NCBI GenBank assembly: GCA_964016885.1
Contig: OZ024743.1
Location: forward strand, 50,530,001 to 50,594,000
From: Eledone cirrhosa
Lineage: Eukaryota
Reading direction: 5' to 3'
Length of the DNA: 64,000 nucleotides
The first letter of the stretch is position 1; the number at the start of each line of letters is the position of its first letter. The notes under the pieces are model-generated. The model did not search any database. It had not been told where the DNA came from and saw only the letters and a program-made list of their open reading frames with translations. The position numbers and the translations under genes were made by a program. Below, in pieces: positions 55,360 to 64,000 of the stretch.

Positions 55360-57590
55360 CGTTTTTTTATCCTTCGTCATTTTCTAGTGTTGTGGAAAGC
55401 GTTGTAAACTTAGTTAATCAAGTGTTCCCCAATTTCGAAATCCACCATTTCAAAGAACAATTCTTGAAGGGGTCAGTCATCATGCTTCTGAAACTGTCTG
55501 GTATGTTGCCACACAAGAAGGGGTCAGTCATCATGCTTCTGGAACTGTCTGGTATGTTGCCACACAAGAAGGGGTTAGTCATCATGCTTCTGAAACTGTC
55601 TGGTATGTTGCCACACAAGAAGGGGTCAGTCATCATGCTTCTGAAACTGTCTGGTATGTTGCCACACAAGAAGGGGTCAGTCATCATGCTTCTGGAACTG
55701 TCTGATATGTTGCCACACAAGAAGGGGTCAGTCATCATGCTTCTGGAACTGTCTGGTATGTTGCCACACAAGAAGGGGTCAGTCATCATGCTTCTGGAAC
55801 TGTCTGATATGTTGCCACACAAGAAGGGGTCAGTCATCATGCTTCTGGAACTGTTTGATATGTTGCCACACAAGAAGGGGTCAGTCATCATGCTTCTGGA
55901 ACTGTCTGATATGTTGCCACACAAGAAGGGGTCAGTCATCATGCTTCTGGAACTGTCTGGTATGTTGCCACACAAGAAGGGGTCAGTCATCATGCTTCTG
56001 GAACTGTTTGATATGTTGCCACACAAGAAGGGGTCAGTCATCATGCTTCTGGAACTGTCTGGTATGTTGCCACACAAGAAGGGGTCAGTCATCATGCTTC
56101 TGGAACTGTTTGATATGTTGCCACACAAGAAGGGGTCAGTCATCATGCTTCTGAAACTGTCTGGTATGTTGCCACACAAGAAGGGGTCAGTCATCATGCT
56201 TCTGAAACTGTCTGGTATGTTGCCACACAAGAAGGGGTCAGTCATCATGCTTCTGGAACTGTCTGGTATGTTGCCACACAAGAAGGGGTCAGTCATCATG
56301 CTTCTGGAACTGTCTGATATGTTGCCACACAAGAAGGGGTCAGTCATCATGCTTCTGGAACTGTCTGGTATGTTGCCACACAAGAAGGGGTCAGTCATCA
56401 TGCTTCTGGAACTGTCTGGTATGTTGCCACACAAGAAGGGGTCAGTCATCATGCTTCTGGAACTGTCTGGTATGTTGCCACACAAGAAGGGGTCAGTCAT
56501 CATGCTTCTGGAACTGTTTGATATGTTGCCACACAAGAAGGGGTCAGTCATCATGCTTCTGGAACTGTTTGATATGTTGCCACACAAGAAGGGGTCAGTC
56601 ATCATGCTTCTGAAACTGTCTGGTATGTTGCCACACAAGAAGGGGTCAGTCATCATGCTTCTGGAACTGTTTGATATGTTGCCACACAAGAAGGGGTCAG
56701 TCATCATGCTTCTGGAACTGTCTGGTATGTTGCCACACAAGAAGGGGTCAGTCATCATGCTTCTGGAACTGTCTGGTATGTTGCCACACAAGAAGGGGTC
56801 AGTCATCATGCTTCTGGAACTGTCTGGTATGTTGCCACACAAGAAGGGGTCAGTCATCATGCTTCTGGAACTGTCTGGTATGTTGCCACACAAGAAGGGG
56901 TCAGTCATCATGCTTCTGAAACTGTCTGGTATGTTGCCACACAAGAAGGGGTCAGTCATCATGCTTCTGGAACTGTCTGGTATGTTGCCACACAAGAAGG
57001 GGTCAGTCATCATGCTTCTGGAACTGTTTGATATGTTGCCACACAAGAAGGGGTCAGTCATCATGCTTCTGGAACTGTCTGGTATGTTGCCACACAAGAA
57101 GGGGTCAGTCATCATGCTTCTGGAACTGTCTGGTATGTTGCCACACAAGAAGGGGTCAGTCATCATGCTTCTGGAACTGTCTGGTATGTTCCCACACAAG
57201 AAGGGGTCAGTCATCATGCTTCTGGAACTGTCTGGTATGTTGCCACACAAGAAGGGGTCAGTCATCATGCTTCTGAAACTGTCTGGTATGTTGCCACACA
57301 AGAAGGGGTCAGTCATCATGCTTCTGGAACTGTCTGGTATGTTGCCACACAAGAAGGGGTCAGTCATCATGCTTCTGAAACTGTCTGGTATGTTGCCACA
57401 CAAGAAGGGGTCAGTCATCATGCTTCTGGAACTGTCTGGTATGTTGCCACACAAGAAGGGGTCAGTCATCATGCTTCTGAAACTGTCTGGTATGTTGCCA
57501 CACAAGAAGGGGTCAGTCATCATGCTTCTCAGAAAACTAGATCAGTCAATTTTGTGCAATGGGACACGTAATGTTGTGACTACAGCCACA
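55360..57590 (+). pseudogene. Helitron RepHel (PIF1-type helicase) fragment interrupted by in-frame tandem amplification
   Basis: VVESVVNLVNQVFPN ... LELSGMLPHK-KGSVIMLL-RKLDQSILCNGTRNVV resembles the helicase motif G-x-PPH-x-L-x-LK-x-G-x-x-IMLLRNL...LCNGTRL-x-V. Confidence 0.75.
55466..57529. repeat. 51-bp minisatellite GAAGGGGTCAGTCATCATGCTTCTGGAACTGTCTGGTATGTTGCCACACAA, about 40 copies
   Basis: Seen directly and very homogeneous. Confidence 0.97.
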
Positions 57591-57645
57591 CACTATCGAA
57601 GCCAATATCCTCACTGGATGTGGTAAGGGAGACATCGTATTTATA

Positions 57646-60600
57646 CCTAGTATGCCACTAATACCAACAGATGTCTTAGTATACCACTAATACCAACAGA
57701 TGTCCTAGTATACCGCTAATACTAACAGATGTCTTAGTATGCCACTAATACCAACAGATGTCCTAGTATACCGCTAATACCAACAGATGTCTTAGTATAC
57801 CGCTAATACCAACAGATGTCTTAGTATACCGCTAATACGAACAGATGTCTTAGTATACCGCTTATACTAACATATGTCCTAGTATACCGCTAATACCAAC
57901 AGATGTCTTAGTATACCGCTAATACCAACAGATGTCTTAGTATACCGCTAGTACCAACAGATGTCTTAGTATACCGCTAATACCAACAGATGTCCTAGTA
58001 TACCGATAATACCAACAGATGTCTTAGTATACCGCTAATACCAACAGATGTCTTAGTATACCCGTAATACCAACAGATGTCCTAGTATACCGATAATACC
58101 AACAGATGTCTTAGTATACCGCTAATACCAACGGATGTCTTAGTATACCGCTAATACCAACAGATGTCTTAGTATACCGCTAATACCAACAGATGTCTTA
58201 GTATACCACTAATACCAATAGATGTCTTAGTATACCGATAATACCAACAGATGTCTTAGTATACCACAAATACCAACAGATGTCTTAGTATACCGATAAT
58301 ACCAACAGGTGTCCTAGTATACCGATGATCTAAACAGATGTCCTAGTATACAGCTAATACCAACAGATGTCTTAGTATACCGCTAATACCAACAGATGTC
58401 TTAGTATACCGCTAATACTAACAGATGTCCTAGTATACCGCTAATACCAACAGATGTCTTAGTATAGCGCTAATACCAATAGATGTCTTAGTATACCGAT
58501 AATACTAACAGATGTCTTAGTATACCACTAATACCAATAGATGTCTTAGTATACCGCTAGTACCAACGGATGTCTTAGTATACCGCTAATACCAACAGAT
58601 GTCTTAGTATACCGCTAATACCAACAGATGTCCTAGTATACCGATAATACCTACAGATGTCTTAGTATACCGCTAATACCAATAGATGTCTTAGTATACC
58701 GCTAATACCAACGGATGTCTTAGTATACCGCTAATACCAACAGATGTCTTAGTATACCGCTAATACCAAGAGATGTCCTAGTATACCGACAATACCAACA
58801 GATGTCCTAGTATACCGATAATACCAACAGATGTCCTAGTATACAGCTAATACCAACAGATGTCTTAGTATACCACTAATACCAACAGATGTCCTAGTAT
58901 ACCGCTAATACCAACAGATGTCTTAGTATACCACTAATACCAATAGATGTCTTAGTATACCGATAATACCAATAGATGTCTTAGTATACCGCTAATACCA
59001 ACATATGTCTTAGTATACCACTAATACCAATAGATGTCCTAGTATAACACTAATACCAATAGATGTCTTAGTATACCGATAATACCAACAGATGTCTTAG
59101 TATACCACTAATACCAATAGATGTCTTAGTATACCGCTAATACCAACGGATGTCTTAGTATACCACAAATACCAACAGATGTCTTAGTATACCGATAATA
59201 CCAACAGGTGTCCTAGTATACCCCTAATACCAACAGATGTCCTAGTATACCGATAATACCAACAGATGTCTTAGTATACCACTAATACCAATAGATGTCC
59301 TAGTATACCGCTAATACCAACGGATGTCTTAGTATACCGCTAATACCAACAGATGTCCTAGTATACCGCTAATACTAACAGATGTCCTAGTATACCGCTA
59401 ATACCAACAGATGTCTTAGTATACCGCTAATACCAACAGATGTCTTAGTATACTGATAATACCAACAGATGTCTTAGTATACCGCTAATACCAACAGATG
59501 TCTTAGTATACCGCTAATACCAACAGATGTCTTAGTATACTGATAATACCAACAGATGTCTTAGTATACCGCTAATACCAACCGATGTCTTAGTATACCG
59601 ATAATACCAACAGGTGTCCTAGTATACCGATAATAACAACAGATGTCCTAGTATACCGATAATACCAACAGATGTCTTAGTATACCGACAATACCAACAG
59701 ATGTCTTAGTATACCGATAATACCAACAGATGTCCTAGTATACCAATAATACCAACAGATATCCCAGAATACCGCTAATACCAACAGATGTCCTAGTATA
59801 CTGATAATACCAACAGATGTCCTAGAATACTGCTAATACCAACAGATGTCCTAGTATACCGCTAATACCAACATATGTCCTAGTATACCGCTAATACCAA
59901 CAGATATCCTAGTATACCGCTAATACCAACATATGTCCTAGTATACCGCTAATACCAACAGATGTCCTCGAATACCGCTATACCAACAGATATCCTAGTA
60001 TACTGATAATACCAACAGATGTCCTAGTATACCGCTAATACCAACATATGTCCTAGTATACCGCTAATACCAACAGATATCCTAGTATACCGCTAATACC
60101 AACATATGTCCTAGTATACCGCTAATACCAACAGATGTCCTCGAATACCGCTATACCAACAGATATCCTAGTATACTGATAATACCAACAGATGTCCTAG
60201 TATACCGCTGATACCACCATATCTCCTAGTATACCGCTAATACCAACAGATGTCCTAGTATACCGCTAATACCAACAGATGTCCTAGTATACCGCTAAAA
60301 CCAACAGATGTCCTAGTATACCGCTAATACCAACAGATGTCCTAGTATACCGCTAAAACCAACAAATGTCCTAGTATACCGCTAATACCAACAGATGTCC
60401 TAGTATACCGCTAATACTAACAGATGTCCTAGTATACCGCTAAAACCAACAGATGTCCTAGTATACTGCTAATACCAACAGATGTCCTAGTATACCGCTA
60501 ATACTAACATGTCCTAGTATACCGCTAATACCAACAGATGTCCTAGTATACCGCTAATACCAACAGATGTCCTCGAATACCGCTAATACCAACAGATGTC

Positions 60601-61586
60601 CTAGTATACCGCTAATACCAACAGATGTCCTCGAATACCGCTAATACCAACAGATGTCCTAGTATACTGATAATACCAACATATGACCTAGTATACCGCT
60701 AATACCAACAGATGTCCTAGTATACTGATAATACCAACAGATGTCCTAGTATACCGCTAATACCAACAGATGTCCTAGTATACCGCTAATACCAACAGAT
60801 GTCCTAGTATACCGCTAATACCAACAGATGTCCTAGTATACTGATAATACCAACAGATGTCCTAGTATACCGCTAATACCAACAGATGTGCTAGTATACC
60901 GCTAATACCAACAGATGTCCTAGTATACCGCTAATACCAACAGATGTCCTAGTATACCGCTAATACCAACAGATGTCCTAGTATACCGCTAATACCAACA
61001 GATGTCCTCGAATACCGCTAATACCAACAGATGTCCTCGAATACCGCTAATACCAACAGATGTCCTCGAATACCGCTAATACCAACAGATGTCCTCGAAT
61101 ACCGCTAATACCAACATATGTCCTAGTATACCGCTAATACCAACAGATGTCCTAGTATACCGCTAAAACCAACAGATGTCCTAGTATACCGCTAATACCA
61201 ACAGATGTCCTCGAATACCGCTAATACCAACAGATGTCCTAGTATACCGCTAATACCAACAGATGTCCTCGAATACCGCTAATACCAACAGATGTCCTAG
61301 TATACCGCTAATACCAACAGATGTCCTCGAATACCGCTAATACCAACAGATGTCCTAGTATACCGCTAATACCAACAGATGTCCTCGAATACCGCTAATA
61401 CCAACAGATGTCCTAGTATACTGATAATACCAACATATGACCTAGTATACCGCTAATACCAACAGATGTCCTAGTATACTGATAATACCAACAGATGTCC
61501 TAGTATACCGCTAATACCAACAGATGTCCTAGTATACCGCTAATACCAACAGATGTCCTAGTATACCATTATACCAACAGATGTCC
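57646..61586. repeat. 29-bp minisatellite TAGTATACCGCTAATACCAACAGATGTC(T/C), about 135 copies
   Basis: Seen directly. Confidence 0.97.
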
Positions 61587-62033
61587 ATTTTCCACTCAAA
61601 CGATTACAATTCCTAGTAAGAGTCAGTTACACAATAACTATCAACAAGTCCCAAGATCAAACAGTGCATGTTTTCTGTCTCCATCTAGAAGAGGGCTGTT
61701 TATCACATGATCATTTCTATGTAGGTTATTCCAGAGTAGGAAGACGCCACAAACTCTTCATATATTCTAAAAAAGAAGTTAAAAACATTGCATATACAGA
61801 AGTTCTGTAAATGTTTTATAATTTTCATAGAATACATTTTTCTATTATTTTCTTTATTACTTTCTGTATTTAAATATTCTAAATAAATATTAAAAATTAT
61901 GTTATACAATATTTAAATACCTTTTAACATCTTCTATTTCAAGGAAAATGAACATTACGATAGATGTCTATAGGAGGCTTTTAGATAGATGTAAGTACAG
62001 TACAGGCAGGGGCGAAGGCCGGGAGACTGCTAG

Positions 62034-62061
<28 letters not shown>

Positions 62062-62064
<3 letters not shown>

Positions 62065-62359
62065 TGTACCACCGGCATTCGCGGTCCCGACATTCGCTGT
62101 TTCGGTTATTCGCGGGATTTTCCTTACCACCACATATTCGTGAAATCGTAAATATCTTCCGTGATTTTTTTTTATCGCACTTTTCGTGGCTTTTTAACGC
62201 TAAATTATTAATAACAATATACCGTATGTGATGGCCTATATTTTACGTTATATTTTGACGTTTATAGGCATTTTTAGGGACCACGTCCGGTATTCGCGGT
62301 TTCCCCCATTTCGCGGGTGCTCTAAGAACGTATCCCCTGCGAATACCGGGGGACAACTG
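62062..62359. mobile_element. pogo/Tigger-like MITE
   Basis: CAGTGTACCACCGGCATTCGCG and GCGAATACCGGGGGACAACTG form imperfect TIRs in a (TA)n context. Confidence 0.65.
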
Positions 62360-62444
62360 TATATATATAAAGACAGGTTTCCGAAGAGGATTGGAAAGAA
62401 ACAACAGTCAAACAAGATGCTCAAATCATTGGTAAAGAAGATAT

Positions 62445-62499
62445 ATTCCTGATGATTTGATGGTTTCAAACGAACGAAACAGTTTTAGTCATGTAGAAT
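62445..62499 (+). ncRNA. Type I hammerhead-like motif (20597-related)
   Basis: ATTC-CTGATGA-TTTGA-tggtt-TCAAA-CGAAC-GAAA-CA-gttttagtca-TG-TA-GAAT. Confidence 0.6.
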
Positions 62500-62574
62500 T
62501 CATTTATATATTATATATTATTCTTTTACTCTTTTACCTGTTCCAGCCATCCGGTTGAGGCCATGCTGGGGCAC

Positions 62575-62760
62575 CAGGAAGTGTGGTTAGGAACCAGGTG
62601 GACCATAACGCACCAGAGTACTCGATACTTTGGGTAGTAGAGTGGGTAATAGGAAAAGGTTCAGGACCCCGACGGCAGAGCTCAAGCCGTTTCAACAGCT
62701 ATTTTTGGACTCCAGAAATAGCCGTCGAAACGGCCTGCGCTCTGCCATCGGGGTCCTGAA
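62575..62760. mobile_element. PLE terminal repeat with head-to-head inverted partial copy
   Basis: TTCAGGACCCCGACGGCAGAG... pairs with ...CTCTGCCATCGGGGTCCTGAA. Confidence 0.7.
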
Positions 62761-62769
62761 TATTTTCCT

Positions 62770-62811
<42 letters not shown>

Positions 62812-63491
62812 GGAGAGAGGAGATTATTTGGCAAGAAACTTAGAATTTAATCTAACAATTCCAATCACATCCACAGATTTATCTTCAGAATTATCAACAA
62901 AAAGAGAAAATGAAAATGAAAATACTGTTATCGTTTGTCTTTTGTTTTGTCTTCCTATTAATTTACACAAAGATTTTATGTTTTTCTCTTTTCTCTGCTC
63001 TCTCTGGCTGAGTGTAAGGTTGACTCTGCTATTAATTCCATTCTGTTTATGGTAATTCCAAAGAGATAAGAATTAACGATGAGTTCATTGCATTATTTAG
63101 TAGAGAAAAAAAAAGTAAAGATAAAGAAAATATCCAATGATTTCGTCTTTCTCATTTATCGTTCTCAGGAAGAAATTTAGAAAAAAAAACTGATCAATTT
63201 GCCCTCTGTAGGTATCTATAGATGGCGCTTCTGTCGCATAGATTTTAACATTAAATACTATTGTGCTATGTTACTTTTCTTTTTTTATACACCCATACAT
63301 ACATACATGCAGACAGAGCTACATACAACACATACAGAATTGACATCCGTCAGTTTCAACGATGAGTTTTCCAGTTGTTCGATCCACGGAACAGCCTGCC
63401 CATGAAATTGTAAGAATTTCATGTAGTACAGAAGTAATAATTCCAACGTGATCAGGTGATGAGTTCTTATTCAGTATATATTTGGTTATAA

Positions 63492-64000
63492 GTGTGTTTG
63501 AGTGTGTTGATGTGTGTTAGAGTGTGTTGGAGTGTGTTGGTGTGTTGGAGTGTGTTGGTGTGTGTTGTTGTGTGTTGGAGTGTGTTGGAGTGTGTTGGAG
63601 TATGTTGGTGTGTGTTGGAGTGTGTTGGTGTGTGTTGGTGTGTGTTGGAGTGTGTTGGTGTGTGTTGGTGTGTGTTGGAGTGTGTTGGTGTGTGTTGCGG
63701 TGTGTTGGAGTGTGTTGGTGTGTGTTGGAGTGTGTTGGAGTGTGTTGGTGTGTGTTGTTATGTGTTGGAGTGTGTTGGAGTATGTTGGTGTGTGTTGGAG
63801 TGTGTTGGAGTGTGTTGATATGTGTTGGAGTGTGTTGGTGTGTGTTGGAGTGTGTTGGAGTGGGTTGGTGTGTGTTGCGGTGTGTTGGAGTGTGTTGGTG
63901 TGTGTTGGAATGTTTTGGAGTGTGTTGGTGTGTGTTGGGGTGTGATGGAGTGTGTTGGTGTGTGTTGGTGTGTGTTGGAGTGTGTTGGAGTATGTTGGGG
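63492..64000. repeat. 10-bp satellite TGTGTTGG(A/T)G, running off the window end
   Basis: Seen directly. Confidence 0.95.

Noticed and set aside
63336-63412. Possible host exon (AG...GTAAG)
   Set aside because: All plus frames contain stops, and the reverse complement resembles 47060-47125, so it is a dispersed repeat.

Overview
Repeat-saturated eukaryotic (metazoan) non-coding DNA. The SINE, LINE and microsatellite content looks cephalopod/Octopus-like, which is an inference. I found no host exon, and almost all long ORFs in the track are artefacts of simple repeats. Roughly half the window is satellites and minisatellites (5, 8, 10, 16, 20, 20, 22, 29, 48 and 51 bp units) plus microsatellites. 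The rest is retroelement debris: an RTE RT fragment, a CR1-group RT fragment, CRE-like endonuclease fragments, Penelope-like (PLE) GIY-YIG and N-terminal fragments, and tRNA-derived SINEs. There are also MITEs (piggyBac-, mariner- and pogo-like) and Helitron-like elements. Two highlights stand out. First, about ten complete type I hammerhead-ribozyme motifs and several half or decayed ones, from several unrelated PLE-type families, sit in short modules next to (TA)n tracts. Many have palindromic loop III and share an unusual U.U at the base of stem II. Second, a 51-bp minisatellite appears to be an in-frame ~40-fold amplification of part of a Helitron PIF1-helicase gene. All calls were made by eye, and boundaries are approximate.
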